Shown: positions 48,494 through 58,810 of the stretch, piece after piece | How positions within the stretch are numbered: position 1 is the stretch's first letter | Layout: every line of letters starts with the position of its first letter | Source of the DNA: an uncultured Bacillota bacterium | GTDB lineage: Bacteria > Sysuimicrobiota > Sysuimicrobiia > Sysuimicrobiales > Segetimicrobiaceae | Assembly (NCBI GenBank): GCA_963804645.1 | Contig: CAWDRG010000009.1 | Span: 352,001-416,000 of the forward strand | DNA length: 64,000 nt | Direction of reading: 5' to 3' | Made by a program: the position numbers and the translations under genes | The notes under the pieces: generated by a model | Databases searched by the model: none | What the model was told of the DNA's origin: nothing | What the model saw: only the letters and a program-made list of their open reading frames with translations

Positions 48494-49477
48494 ATGCCGA
48501 TCATTGACGTCCACAACCACTACTACCCGCCCGCCTATCTGGACGCGCTGATCTCGAACCCGGGGAACGTCAAGGTGACCCACGACCGCGAGGGAAACCC
48601 GCTGCTGCACTATCCGGGCGACTACAACATCGCGGTGCGCGGGCACCGCGACATCGCGTACCGGGAGGAGGTCCTGGCCGAGCTCGGCGTGGACCGGCAG
48701 ATCCTGACGCTGACGACGCCCGGCACGCACGTGGAAACGCCGAAGCGGGCGGCGGCGCTGGCGGCCCTGGTCAACGACGGGTTCGCCGCCGTCGCCGCGG
48801 AGCGCGGCCGGAGGTTCAGCGCGCTCGGGACGCTGCCGCTCAACGACCCGGAGGCGTCGGTCGCCGAGCTCCGGCGCTGTCTGACGCAGCTCCACTTCGC
48901 CGGCGCGATGCTGTTCAGCAACGTGAACGGGGTCGCGCTCGCCGACAAGCGGTACTGGCCGCTGTACGAGGTCGCGAACGACCGCGGGGCGATTCTTCAC
49001 ATCCACCCGACGTCCCCGGTGGGCGTCGAGGCGATGACGGAGTTTTGGCTGATGCCGCTGGTCGGCTTCCTGATGGATACGACGCTGGCCGCCGCCCATC
49101 TCGTCTTCGCCGGCGTCGTCGAGCGCTTCCCACGCATCCGGTGGATCCTGAGCCATCTCGGGGGCACCATTCCGTATCTGGTGGAGCGGCTCGATCGGGG
49201 ATACGAAGCCTTCCGCGAGTGCCGCGAGTACATCTCAAAGCCGCCGAGCGAGTACTTCAAGACGCACTTCTGGTACGACACCGTCAACTTCGACACCCGG
49301 GCCCTGCGGCTGGCGATCGAGTTCGCCGGACCCGATCATCTCCTCGCCGGCAGCGACTACCCGCATCAGGTCGGCAGCATTCCGAAGATGCTCGAAAGCC
49401 TTCGGGCACTGCCGGGTCCGGATGCGGACCGCACCGCGATCCTCGGAGGCAACGCCGCGCGGCTGTTCGGCGTGTAA
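48494..49477 (+). CDS. Amidohydrolase family protein (ACMSD-like)
   Basis: IDVHNH, IHP, SHLGG, GSDYPH. Confidence 0.88.
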   Translation: MPIIDVHNHYYPPAYLDALISNPGNVKVTHDREGNPLLHYPGDYNIAVRGHRDIAYREEVLAELGVDRQILTLTTPGTHVETPKRAAALAALVNDGFAAVAAERGRRFSALGTLPLNDPEASVAELRRCLTQLHFAGAMLFSNVNGVALADKRYWPLYEVANDRGAILHIHPTSPVGVEAMTEFWLMPLVGFLMDTTLAAAHLVFAGVVERFPRIRWILSHLGGTIPYLVERLDRGYEAFRECREYISKPPSEYFKTHFWYDTVNFDTRALRLAIEFAGPDHLLAGSDYPHQVGSIPKMLESLRALPGPDADRTAILGGNAARLFGV

Positions 49478-49855
49478 GATCGGGGCGGCCGAGTTCCTCC
49501 ATCGCGAGCCCGCCGGGACGGCCGCGCGTGCCGGGGCGTGCTCCGACGCGCGGCGGCGGAGCAACGCGCGCGCGACCATTCGAATCTCAAGCACCGCACA
49601 TACGGCATCCCCCACCGCCCGACCCACCCGCGAGACGGCGCCCGCGCGGCGCTGAGCAGCGCTTCACCGGTCCGGCCGCCGTAGGCCGGGAACCGTGCGC
49701 CCCGCCGCGACGCTCTCTAAGCAACGGGACGCCCGAGACGTTCTGGGCGCGGGGTTTCAGGGAATAACGTCCTTGCATCCTCGAGCGCGTCGAGGCGTCA
49801 CGGCCGGGAAGGCCGCGCGGGCTCGAGCGAGGCATCCCACTGGAGGTGAGAAGAG

Positions 49856-50422
49856 ATGATTCGCCAACGTATTGCGAGGCGCTTCGCGTGGATCGCGAGC
49901 CTCGTGCTGCTGGGCGGCCTCGTGCTGCCGACCATGGCGTCTGCGAAGACGCCGCAGGAGATCGACGCGAGCGTCGACGCGGCGCTCGCCAATTTCCGGA
50001 GTCAGGTGAGGGGGGGCGACACCTTCCTTCAGGATGCGCAGGCGGTGCTCGTCTTCCCGGGCGTCGTGCAGGCGGGGTTCGGAGTCGGCGGCGAGTTCGG
50101 GGAGGGTGAGCTGCGCATTCACGGCGAGGATGCTGGCTACTACAGCCTCGGCGCCGCCTCTGTCGGGTTCCAGTTCGGCGCCCAGGTTAAAGACGTCTTC
50201 ATCGTGTTCCTTCAGCGCCAGGCGCTGGAGAACTTCCGCGCCAAGCACGGCTTCACCGTAGGCGTTGACGGATCGATCGTGCTCGTGAACCTCGGCGCGG
50301 AAGCCTCCATCAACACGACGACGCTGAACCAGCCGGTCGTGGGCGTTATCGTCGGCCAGAAGGGCCTGATGTACAACCTGACGCTGCAGGGGAGCAAGAT
50401 CAGCCGCATCTATCCGCACTGA
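49856..50422 (+). CDS. Secreted YSC84/SYLF lipid-binding domain protein
   Basis: Signal peptide; LVFPGV..AGFGVGGEFGEG, SVGFQFGAQ, GLMYNLTLQGSKIS. Confidence 0.85.
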   Translation: MIRQRIARRFAWIASLVLLGGLVLPTMASAKTPQEIDASVDAALANFRSQVRGGDTFLQDAQAVLVFPGVVQAGFGVGGEFGEGELRIHGEDAGYYSLGAASVGFQFGAQVKDVFIVFLQRQALENFRAKHGFTVGVDGSIVLVNLGAEASINTTTLNQPVVGVIVGQKGLMYNLTLQGSKISRIYPH

Positions 50423-50439
50423 CGCGGTCGGATCGCGAG

Positions 50440-50472
50440 GCAGAAGGCGGCGCCTGAGGCGCCGCCTTCTGC
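50440..50472 (+). terminator. Hairpin terminator
   Basis: GCAGAAGGCGGCGCCT-G-AGGCGCCGCCTTCTGC followed by TGTT. Confidence 0.65.
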
Positions 50473-50666
50473 TGTTCGCCGCGCCCGCGCACCTCGACGA
50501 CGTGCCCGACGCGCGACGGAGCGCGTTCCCAATCGGCGGGTGACGGAAGGACCGGTCACCGCGCTCGCGGAACGTACCGGAGCGTGCGCCGTGGGATCGA
50601 CACGCCCGGCCGCGGAGCGAGGGTCCGGCGCACGGCCACCCAGGAACGAGGGATGTCCAGCCGCGC

Positions 50667-51590
50667 ATGCTGAAATACGTTCAACGCCGCGTGCTGCTCG
50701 CGGTTCCAACGATCGTGCTGACGTCGATCGTCGTCTTCCTGATGCTCTTTCTCATCCCGGGTGACCCGGCGTCCATCTACATCGGCGAGCAGACGGCGAC
50801 CCCGGAGCGGCTCGCGCAGATCCGGCACGTGATGGGGCTCGACCGCCCGATCTACGTCCAGTACGCCGACTTCGCGTGGCACGCGCTCCACGGCGACCTG
50901 GGCCGGTCGCTCGAAACGGACCGTCCCGTGAGCGCCGAGATCATGACGCGGTTTCCGAACACGCTCGAGCTCGCGCTCTCGGCGATGACGATCGCGGTGC
51001 TGCTCGGCTTCGGCCTTGGGGTGATCTCCGCGCTCCGGCGGAGCAGCCTCGTCGATACGCTGTCGATGATGGTCGCCCTGTTCGGCGTGTCCGTGCCGGT
51101 GTTCTGGCTGGCGCTCCTGCTCATCATGCTGTTCTCGCTGCGTCTGGGCTGGCTCCCGGCGACGAGCGAGCCGGGGTTGCGAGGTCTGATTCTCCCGACG
51201 GTGTCGCTCGCGCTGCTCTCCGCGGCAACGTTCGCCCGCCTGATGCGCTCGAGCATGCTCGAGGTGCTGCGCCTGGACTACCTCACGACGGCGCGCGCCA
51301 AGGGCTTGCGCGGCATGGTCGTCGTGTTTCGCCACGCGCTCCCGAACGCCGTCATCCCCGTGATCACCGCCATGGGGCTGCAGTTCGGCGGCCTGCTGAG
51401 CGGCGCCGTCCTCACCGAGACGATCTTCGCCCGGCCCGGTCTGGGCAAGCTCGTTGTCGACTCGATCCAGGACAAGGACCTCCCCACCGTCCAGGGCGTC
51501 GTCTTGGTGCTCGCGGTGATCTACGTCGTGACGAATTTGCTCGTGGATCTGTCGTACGCATTCATCGATCCGCGGATCCGGTTCGAATGA
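50667..51590 (+). CDS. Peptide/nickel ABC transporter permease (DppB-like)
   Basis: PGDPA, GDLGRS, TARAKGL, HALPNA, DPRIR. Confidence 0.92.
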   Translation: MLKYVQRRVLLAVPTIVLTSIVVFLMLFLIPGDPASIYIGEQTATPERLAQIRHVMGLDRPIYVQYADFAWHALHGDLGRSLETDRPVSAEIMTRFPNTLELALSAMTIAVLLGFGLGVISALRRSSLVDTLSMMVALFGVSVPVFWLALLLIMLFSLRLGWLPATSEPGLRGLILPTVSLALLSAATFARLMRSSMLEVLRLDYLTTARAKGLRGMVVVFRHALPNAVIPVITAMGLQFGGLLSGAVLTETIFARPGLGKLVVDSIQDKDLPTVQGVVLVLAVIYVVTNLLVDLSYAFIDPRIRFE

Positions 51591-52462
51591 GCGCCCCCGC
51601 GCCGACGGTCGTGCCGCGCCCACGCGGGCTGTGGAGCGAAGCGCTCGGCCGGATTTTACAGAACAAGGGGGCGACGATCGGGGGGATCGTATTTCTGCTG
51701 ATCGTGGCCGCCGCGATCGCCGCCCCGCGCCTGGCTCCCGACAACCCGATCCGGCTCGACGTCTCCGCGTCGCTGACGCCGCCGGGTCCGCAGCACTGGC
51801 TCGGGACCGACCAGTTCGGCCGGGATATCCTCAGCCGGATCATCTACGGGGCGCGCGTGTCGGTGGCCATGGGGTTCGCCGCGGTGGCGATCTCCGTCGC
51901 GGGCGGCTCCGTGCTGGGACTGCTCTCGGGCTACTACCGCGGCGGGGTCGACATGACCATCTCTCGCGTGGTGGACGTCATGCTGGCGTTCCCCGGCATC
52001 CTGCTCGCGCTTGTCATCATCGCGGTGCTCGGCCCCAACCTGAGCAGCGCGATGATCGCGGTCGGGGTGTCCGGCATGCCGGTGTTTATCCGAGTGGTGC
52101 GGGCGGCGACGCTGTCCGTGCGCGAGTTTCAGTACGTGGAGGCGGCCCGAGTCGCCGGGTGCGGCGACCTGCGCATCGTCTTTCGGCACGTCCTGCCCAA
52201 TGTGTCCGCCCCGATCATCGTCCTCGTCACGCTCGGCATCCCGGGCGCCATCATCGCGGGCGCCGCGCTCAGCTTTCTCGGCCTCGGGATCCGGCCGCCG
52301 ACGCCGGACTGGGGTGCGATGCTGAACGACGGCCGGTCGTTCATGAGCACGGCGTGGTGGCTGTCGACGTTTCCCGGCGTGGCGATCGTCGTCATGGTCA
52401 TGGCGATCAACCTGTTCGGGGATGGGCTGCGGGACGCACTCGACCCTCGGCTGCGGCTGTAG
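51587..52462 (+). CDS. Peptide/nickel ABC transporter permease (DppC-like)
   Basis: HWLGTDQFGRD, YVEAARVAG, LSFLGLG, GDGLRDALDPR. Confidence 0.92.
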   Translation: MSAPAPTVVPRPRGLWSEALGRILQNKGATIGGIVFLLIVAAAIAAPRLAPDNPIRLDVSASLTPPGPQHWLGTDQFGRDILSRIIYGARVSVAMGFAAVAISVAGGSVLGLLSGYYRGGVDMTISRVVDVMLAFPGILLALVIIAVLGPNLSSAMIAVGVSGMPVFIRVVRAATLSVREFQYVEAARVAGCGDLRIVFRHVLPNVSAPIIVLVTLGIPGAIIAGAALSFLGLGIRPPTPDWGAMLNDGRSFMSTAWWLSTFPGVAIVVMVMAINLFGDGLRDALDPRLRL

Positions 52463-52489
52463 CCGCGGAGCGGCGAGCCCGGCGGCGCC

Positions 52490-52518
52490 TTGACGGTCAC
52501 CGGCCACCGCCATATGCT
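52490..52518 (+). promoter_or_regulatory. Putative sigma70 promoter for lhr
   Basis: TTGACG-N17-TATGCT. Confidence 0.55.
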
Positions 52519-52613
52519 AGGAAAGTAGCCCGTTGGTGCTTGCTCCCGTGCGCGCCCCTGACCGGGGCCCGGACGGCCGCGCACCGGACGGGAGCGACGT
52601 CCACCCTGAGCCG

Positions 52614-55600
52614 ATGAGCCTGGACCTCTTTCACCCCCTGGTCGCCCGCTGGTTTTCTCAGCGGTTCGACGCGCCTACCCCCGCGCAGGACGCGGGCTGG
52701 AAGGCCATTGCGCGCGGCCGCGACACCCTGATCGCGGCGCCCACGGGCTCCGGCAAGACGCTCGCCGCGTTCCTGTGGTCGGTGAACGCGCTCGTGCGCG
52801 ACGGCGGCGCCCGGGGCCTGCGCGACGAGACCTCGGTGGTGTACATCTCCCCGCTCAAGGCGCTCGGCAACGACATCCAGCGCAACCTGGTCGAGCCGCT
52901 CGCGGAGATCCGCCGGATCGCGGACGCCGACGGCACGGCGCTCCCGGAGATCCGCGTCGCCGTGCGCTCGGGCGACACGCCCGCCCGGGAGCGGGCACAG
53001 ATGCTCAAGCGGCCGCCCCACATCCTGATCACGACGCCGGAATCGCTGTACCTGCTGCTCACCGCCGAGCGGAGCCGCGAGTTCCTGCGCACCGCGCGGA
53101 CGGTAATCGTCGATGAGATCCACGCGGTGGCCGGGGACAAGCGCGGCAGCCATCTCGCGCTCTCGCTGGAGCGGCTGGATCTGCTCACCGGGACGCGCTG
53201 CCAGCGCATCGGGCTCAGCGCGACCCAGAAGCCGATCGAGGCGATCGCGCGCCTCCTCGTCGGCGCCGGCGGCGAGGCGGGCGTCACGCGGGACTGTGCG
53301 ATCGTCGACACCGGACACCGCCGCCCCTGGGAGCTGCGGGTGGAGGTGCCCGGGCCTCCGCGCGGGCCGATCGCCACGCACGAGATGTGGGAGGCGATCT
53401 ACGACCGCGTGGCGGCGCTCGTCCGCGCCCACCGCACGACGCTCGTGTTCGTCAACACGCGCCGGCTCGCCGAGCGCGTGGCGCACCATTTGACCCAGCG
53501 GCTCGGGGAGGGACGCGTCGGCACGCACCACGGCAGCCTGTCGCGCCGGATCCGCCTCAGCACCGAGCAGCGCCTGCGCGCCGGCGACGTCCCGGTCGTG
53601 GTGGCGACGGCCTCGCTCGAGCTGGGCATCGACATCGGCCACGTCGATCTGGTCTGCCACCTCGGCGCGCCCCGCGCGATCGCGACCCTGCTCCAGCGCG
53701 TGGGGCGCTCGGGCCACGGCGTCGGCGCGGTCTCCAACGGGATCCTGTTCCCGCTGACGCGCGACGAGCTGCTCCAGTGCGCCGCCGCGGTCCGGGCGGC
53801 ACGGGCCGGCGATCTCGACGGGGTCGTCGTCCCCGAGAAGCCCCTCGACATCCTCGCGCAGCAGATCGCCGCCACGGTCGCGACGCAGGAATCCTCGGAA
53901 GATGCGCTGTGGGATCTCGTCCGCCGGGCATCTCCGTACCACACGCTCACGCGGCGCGAGTTCGACGAGGTGGTGCGCGTGCTCGCGGACGGCGTCGCGC
54001 GCCGGCTCGGGAGGACCTCCGCCCTCGTCCACCGCGACGGCGTCCACCGGGTGCTCCGGCCGCGCCGCGGCACCAGGCTCGCCGCGATCACCTCGGGCGG
54101 GGCGATCCCCGACACCGCGGACTACGACGTGGTGCTGGAGCCCGACGGCACCGTCGTCGGCAGCGTCAACGAGGACTTCGCGATCGAAAGCATGGCCGGC
54201 GAGATCTTCCTGCTCGGCAACACGTCGTGGCGGATCCGCCGCATCGAAGCCGGCCGCGTCCGCGTGGTCGACGCCCACGGCGCGCCGCCATCGGTCCCGT
54301 TCTGGCTCGGGGAAGCGCCGGCCCGCACGCCGGAGCTGTCGTCCGCGGTCTCCACGCTGCGCCGCGAGATCGCCGAGCGTCTCGGCGACCGCGCCGGAGC
54401 CGAGGCGTGGCTCGTCTCCGAAACCGGCGTGGATCCGGACGGCGCGGCACAGGCCGCGGAGTACGTCGGCGAGACCGTCGCCGCGCTCGGGTGCGTCCCG
54501 ACGCAGGACACGATCGTCGCCGAGCGGTTCTTCGATGAATCGGGCGGGATGCAGGTGGTGCTGCACACCCCGTTCGGGGCCCGCATCAACCGGGCGTGGG
54601 GCCTCGCGCTCCGAAAGCGCTTCTGCCAGACGTTCGACTTCGAGCTCCAGGCCGCCGCGACGGACGACGGCATCGTCCTGTCGCTCAGCCAGCAGCACAG
54701 CTTTCCACTCGACAGCCTCTTCGGGTTCGTGCGCACCCGGACGGCGGAGGGGGATCTGATCCAGGCGATGCTGGCCACGCCGCTGTTCCCCACCCGCTGG
54801 CGGTGGAACGCGACCCGGTCGCTCGCGCTGCTGCGGCACTCCGGCGGACGCCGGGTGCCGATGCCGATCCAGCGCATGCGCGCCGAGGATCTGCTCGGCG
54901 CCGTATTTCCGGAGCAGGTCGGGTGCCAGGACAACCACATGGGCCCGATCGAGCCGCCCGACCATCCGCTGGTGACGGAGACGATCCGCAACTGCCTCCA
55001 CGAGGCGATGGATCTCGACGGCCTCCGGACCGTGCTGGGAGCGCTGGAGGCGGGACGGCTTCGTGCCGTCGCGGTCGAGACCCCCACGCCCTCGGCGATG
55101 TCGCAGGAGATCCTCAACGCCAACCCCTACGCGTTCCTGGACGACGCGCCGCTCGAGGAGCGCCGGGCGCGGGCGGTGTCGCTGCGGCGGACCGATCCCG
55201 ATCTCGCCCGCGGCGTCGGGGCGCTCGACGCGGCCGCGATCGATGACGTCGCCGCCCAGGCGTGGCCGGACGTGCGGAACGCCGATGAGCTGCACGATCA
55301 CCTGCTCACGCTTGGCCTCCTGCCGGTGGACGACGCGGCGTCCTGCGGCGGGCCGGCGTTCGCCGACGAACTCATCGCGGGGGGCCGCGCCGCCGTCGCG
55401 TCATGGGACGAACCCGCCGGGCGCCGGCGCCGTGCGTACGCGGCGGCCGAACGGGCCGCCCTCGTCGCGGAGGCGGTGCCCGACGCGCGGTTCGAGCCGC
55501 AACCGGCCGCGGGAGACCGCGCCCCGGTGGAGATCGGCCACAGCGATGCCGTGCGCGAGATCGTGCACGGATGGGTGCAGTGCCTCGGACCGACGACGTC

Positions 55601-56927
55601 GGCGGATCTGGCCGAGCGGGTCGGCCTCCGGGCGCCCGACGTCGAGGCGGCGCTCGCCGTCCTCGAAGGCGCGGGCGCGGTGCTGCGCGGACGCTTTACC
55701 CCCGGCGCCGCCGGCGAGGAGTGGTGCGAGCGGCGCCTCCTGGCGCGCATTCACCGGCTGACGCTCGGGCGACTGCGCCGCGAGATCGAACCCGTCGAAC
55801 CGGCGACGCTGATGCGGTTCCTGCTGCGCTGGCAGCACGTGACCCCGGGCATGCGGCTCCACGGGCGCGAGGGGATCGCCGCGGTCGTCGCGATGCTCCA
55901 GGGCGTCGAGGTGGCGGGCCCGGCGTGGGAGGAGCAGGTGTTCCCCGCGCGGATCCGCCAGTACGATCCCGCTGATCTCGACGCCCTCTGCCTCGCCGGC
56001 ACGGTCACCTGGGGGCGGCTCACGCCGGGTCCGTCACCGCTCGAGCCGGACGCGGACGGCGCCGCGCCCCGCGCGGGACGCAGGAGGCCCGGGGTATCGC
56101 GGGCGGTCCCGATCGCGTTCGTCCTGCGGGACGATCTGCCCGCGTTTCTCGAGCGCACGACGGGGGCTTCCGAACCCGCCGGACTGAGCCACGCCGCCCT
56201 CGACGTCGCGCGGCATCTCGCCGACCGCGGCGCGTCGTTTCTCCCGGACATCGCGCGCGCCGTACGCCGCCTCCCCGCCGAAGTGGAGGCGGCGCTGTGG
56301 GAGCTCGTCGCCTGCGGGACCGTCACGGGCGACGGGTTCGCCGGGCTGCGCCGGCTCATGCAGGGCACCCCAAGAACGCGGCGCCACCACCGGCGGGCAC
56401 TAGCGCTCGTCGGCGCGCACACGGCGGGGCGGTCGCTGCCGGCGGGGCGGTGGGCCACCTGGCATGCCGGAGCGGACCTGATGGATCCGGACGCGCGGCT
56501 CGACGTCTGGGCGCGGCAGCTGCTAAAACGGTACGGGATCGTGTTCCGCGACCTGCTCGCGCGCGAGCGCGGAGCGCCCGCGTGGCGGCTGCTACTCGAG
56601 TGCTACCGCCGGTGGGAAGCGCAGGGCACGATCCGCGGCGGGCGCTTTGTCCGCGGCTTCACCGGAGAGCAGTTCGCGCTCCCGGAGGCGGTCGAGGCGC
56701 TGCGCGCGGTGCGCCGTGCTCCCGACGAGACCGAAGACGTCGTCATCTCGTCCGCGGATCCGCTCAACCTAATCGGGGTGATCCTGCCCGGGACGCGCGT
56801 CGGATCGACGTCCGGGCTCGCGATCGCCCTGCGCAACGGCGTCCCCACGGACGTCGCGCCGCTCGGCGCGCTGCTGGCGCGGCTCCGTCGCGCCGCGGCC
56901 GACCGCGTGCCCGCCGCGCGGCCGTAA
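52614..56927 (+). CDS. lhr: Lhr family DEAD/DEAH helicase (long form)
   Basis: APTGSGKT, SPLKAL, TTPESL, DEIH, HHGSLS, SLELGIDIG, QRVGRSGH; C-terminal RGGRFV..GEQFA. Confidence 0.9.
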   Translation: MSLDLFHPLVARWFSQRFDAPTPAQDAGWKAIARGRDTLIAAPTGSGKTLAAFLWSVNALVRDGGARGLRDETSVVYISPLKALGNDIQRNLVEPLAEIRRIADADGTALPEIRVAVRSGDTPARERAQMLKRPPHILITTPESLYLLLTAERSREFLRTARTVIVDEIHAVAGDKRGSHLALSLERLDLLTGTRCQRIGLSATQKPIEAIARLLVGAGGEAGVTRDCAIVDTGHRRPWELRVEVPGPPRGPIATHEMWEAIYDRVAALVRAHRTTLVFVNTRRLAERVAHHLTQRLGEGRVGTHHGSLSRRIRLSTEQRLRAGDVPVVVATASLELGIDIGHVDLVCHLGAPRAIATLLQRVGRSGHGVGAVSNGILFPLTRDELLQCAAAVRAARAGDLDGVVVPEKPLDILAQQIAATVATQESSEDALWDLVRRASPYHTLTRREFDEVVRVLADGVARRLGRTSALVHRDGVHRVLRPRRGTRLAAITSGGAIPDTADYDVVLEPDGTVVGSVNEDFAIESMAGEIFLLGNTSWRIRRIEAGRVRVVDAHGAPPSVPFWLGEAPARTPELSSAVSTLRREIAERLGDRAGAEAWLVSETGVDPDGAAQAAEYVGETVAALGCVPTQDTIVAERFFDESGGMQVVLHTPFGARINRAWGLALRKRFCQTFDFELQAAATDDGIVLSLSQQHSFPLDSLFGFVRTRTAEGDLIQAMLATPLFPTRWRWNATRSLALLRHSGGRRVPMPIQRMRAEDLLGAVFPEQVGCQDNHMGPIEPPDHPLVTETIRNCLHEAMDLDGLRTVLGALEAGRLRAVAVETPTPSAMSQEILNANPYAFLDDAPLEERRARAVSLRRTDPDLARGVGALDAAAIDDVAAQAWPDVRNADELHDHLLTLGLLPVDDAASCGGPAFADELIAGGRAAVASWDEPAGRRRRAYAAAERAALVAEAVPDARFEPQPAAGDRAPVEIGHSDAVREIVHGWVQCLGPTTSADLAERVGLRAPDVEAALAVLEGAGAVLRGRFTPGAAGEEWCERRLLARIHRLTLGRLRREIEPVEPATLMRFLLRWQHVTPGMRLHGREGIAAVVAMLQGVEVAGPAWEEQVFPARIRQYDPADLDALCLAGTVTWGRLTPGPSPLEPDADGAAPRAGRRRPGVSRAVPIAFVLRDDLPAFLERTTGASEPAGLSHAALDVARHLADRGASFLPDIARAVRRLPAEVEAALWELVACGTVTGDGFAGLRRLMQGTPRTRRHHRRALALVGAHTAGRSLPAGRWATWHAGADLMDPDARLDVWARQLLKRYGIVFRDLLARERGAPAWRLLLECYRRWEAQGTIRGGRFVRGFTGEQFALPEAVEALRAVRRAPDETEDVVISSADPLNLIGVILPGTRVGSTSGLAIALRNGVPTDVAPLGALLARLRRAAADRVPAARP

Positions 56928-56929
56928 GG

Positions 56930-57730
56930 ATGCCCAGCCTGTTCCTGTCCGGCATCCGGCGGATCCCTCCGTCCCCAGATCGGGAGGAGTTCCCGTGGTC
57001 GGTGCCGCTGTTCCGGGACCTCGCCGCGCTCGAGTTCCAGTCCCCGGTCACGTTCCTCGTCGGCGAGAACGGGTCCGGCAAGTCGACGCTGCTGGAAGCG
57101 CTGGCCGTCGGCATGCATGCCGTGGCCGTGGGGCGCGCCGGCCTCGACCGCGACGAGACGCTCGCGGGCGCGCGCGCACTTGCGGGCGCGTTTCGGTTCG
57201 TGCGCCGGCGCCACCCGGCGGCGCGTCTGTTCCTCCGGGCCGAGGACGTCTTCGGCTGTACCCGCCGGATAGCCGGAGAGATCGTGGAGCTGCGCGCGAC
57301 GGAGGACGATCTCACGCGGGATCTGCCCGCCGCCTCCGCCGCACGGGCCGCCGGGGCCGTCGCCCGCGAGCGTCTCGCGCTCGAACGGCGCTACGGCGCC
57401 GATCCCGACGCGCGGTCGCACGGCGAAACGTTCCTCAGCCTGCTCGAGACGCGTCTTGCGCCGCGCGGCCTCTACTTCCTCGACGAGCCCGAAGCGCCGC
57501 TGTCGCCGGTGCGCGTGCTCGCCCTCATCGCGCTCCTCAAAGACCGCGTGGCGCAGGACTGCCAGTTCATCATCGCGACCCATTCACCGATCCTGATGGC
57601 GTGCCCCGACGCCGAGATCCTTGTCTTGGACGGCGCGCGGATCCGCCGCGTCCCGTACGACGATCTCGAGCACGTCCGGCTCACCCGCGAGTTCCTGAAC
57701 GATCCCGACGTGTTTCTGCGCCGCCTGTGA
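56930..57730 (+). CDS. ABC-type/AAA ATPase
   Basis: VGENGSGKST, SHGETF, LDEPE, ATHSPIL. Confidence 0.88.
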   Translation: MPSLFLSGIRRIPPSPDREEFPWSVPLFRDLAALEFQSPVTFLVGENGSGKSTLLEALAVGMHAVAVGRAGLDRDETLAGARALAGAFRFVRRRHPAARLFLRAEDVFGCTRRIAGEIVELRATEDDLTRDLPAASAARAAGAVARERLALERRYGADPDARSHGETFLSLLETRLAPRGLYFLDEPEAPLSPVRVLALIALLKDRVAQDCQFIIATHSPILMACPDAEILVLDGARIRRVPYDDLEHVRLTREFLNDPDVFLRRL

Positions 57731-57821
57731 CCTCCGCCGGCGGCGCCCCACAGGAAACACGCCCGACGCACGGAACCCTCACGGACAGGCCGCGGGCGCG
57801 CGACACACGCAGGGGACGACC

Positions 57822-58805
57822 GTGCACACGACGTCCGTAGATCTGGCGGGGACACCGGCGGTCCGCTTGGAGCGCCTCACAAAAGTGTACGACGCGCCGG
57901 TCGGCTCCTCCGGCGCGCCCGAGATCGTCGCCGCCGACCACCTGGACCTGGACATCCCGGCGGGCGAGATCTTCGGCCTCGTCGGGCCGAACGGCGCCGG
58001 CAAGACGACCACGCTGAAGATGATCTGCGGCCTGTTGGTGCCGACGGCCGGCCGGATCGCGGTGCACGGCGTCGACGTCGAACGCGACCCGGAGACCGCC
58101 TGGAGCCTCATCGGCTATCTCGCCGATTTCTTCTCGCTGTACGACGATCTGACGGTGCGCGAGTACTTAGAGTACTTCGCCGCGGCGTACAAGCTGCCGG
58201 CGTCCGCGGTGCCGGGACGGGTGGCAGAGGTCATCGGGATCGTCGGGTTGGACGCCAAGCGCGACGCGATGATCGCGGGACTGTCGCGGGGGATGAAGCA
58301 GCGGGTGGCCATCGCCCGCGCCATCATCCATGACCCCGCCGTGCTGGTGCTGGACGAACCCGCGGTCGGGCTCGATCCCGCCGGGCGCATCGATTTCCGA
58401 AAGTTCGTCACGGCGTTCCGCGACCGCGGGAAGACGGTCATCATCACTTCGCATCTGCTCCGCGACCTCGAAGAGATCTGCACCGTGGTCGCCCTCATCC
58501 AGCAGGGACACGTGCTGCGGGTCGGACGCCTCGACGCGTTCCTGCGGGACGCCGCGGGCGTCCGCACGATGCGGATTCGGACCGCGTCCCCCACCTTCGC
58601 GCTCGCGGAATGGCTCGCGGCGCGCCGCGGCGTGTCGCGGGTCACGGCGGGCCTGGACGGCGCGCAGTTCTCGCTGACCGGCGGCGAGCTCGAGACCGCC
58701 GCGCTCGTCAAAGACCTGGTCCTGGCCGGCGCGGAGGTCTACGCCGTCGAGGAAGTCTCGGACAGCCTCGAGGCCGTGGTGACGCGCCTCTCGACGGCGC
58801 CGTGA
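57822..58805 (+). CDS. ABC exporter ATP-binding protein
   Basis: GPNGAGKTT, LSRGMKQR, LDEP, SH. Confidence 0.92.
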   Translation: MHTTSVDLAGTPAVRLERLTKVYDAPVGSSGAPEIVAADHLDLDIPAGEIFGLVGPNGAGKTTTLKMICGLLVPTAGRIAVHGVDVERDPETAWSLIGYLADFFSLYDDLTVREYLEYFAAAYKLPASAVPGRVAEVIGIVGLDAKRDAMIAGLSRGMKQRVAIARAIIHDPAVLVLDEPAVGLDPAGRIDFRKFVTAFRDRGKTVIITSHLLRDLEEICTVVALIQQGHVLRVGRLDAFLRDAAGVRTMRIRTASPTFALAEWLAARRGVSRVTAGLDGAQFSLTGGELETAALVKDLVLAGAEVYAVEEVSDSLEAVVTRLSTAP

Positions 58806-58810
58806 CGACC

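Noticed and set aside
52614..57730. Lhr helicase plus ATPase as a defence system
   Set aside because: Both are common housekeeping families with host-like composition and no nuclease or effector partner.
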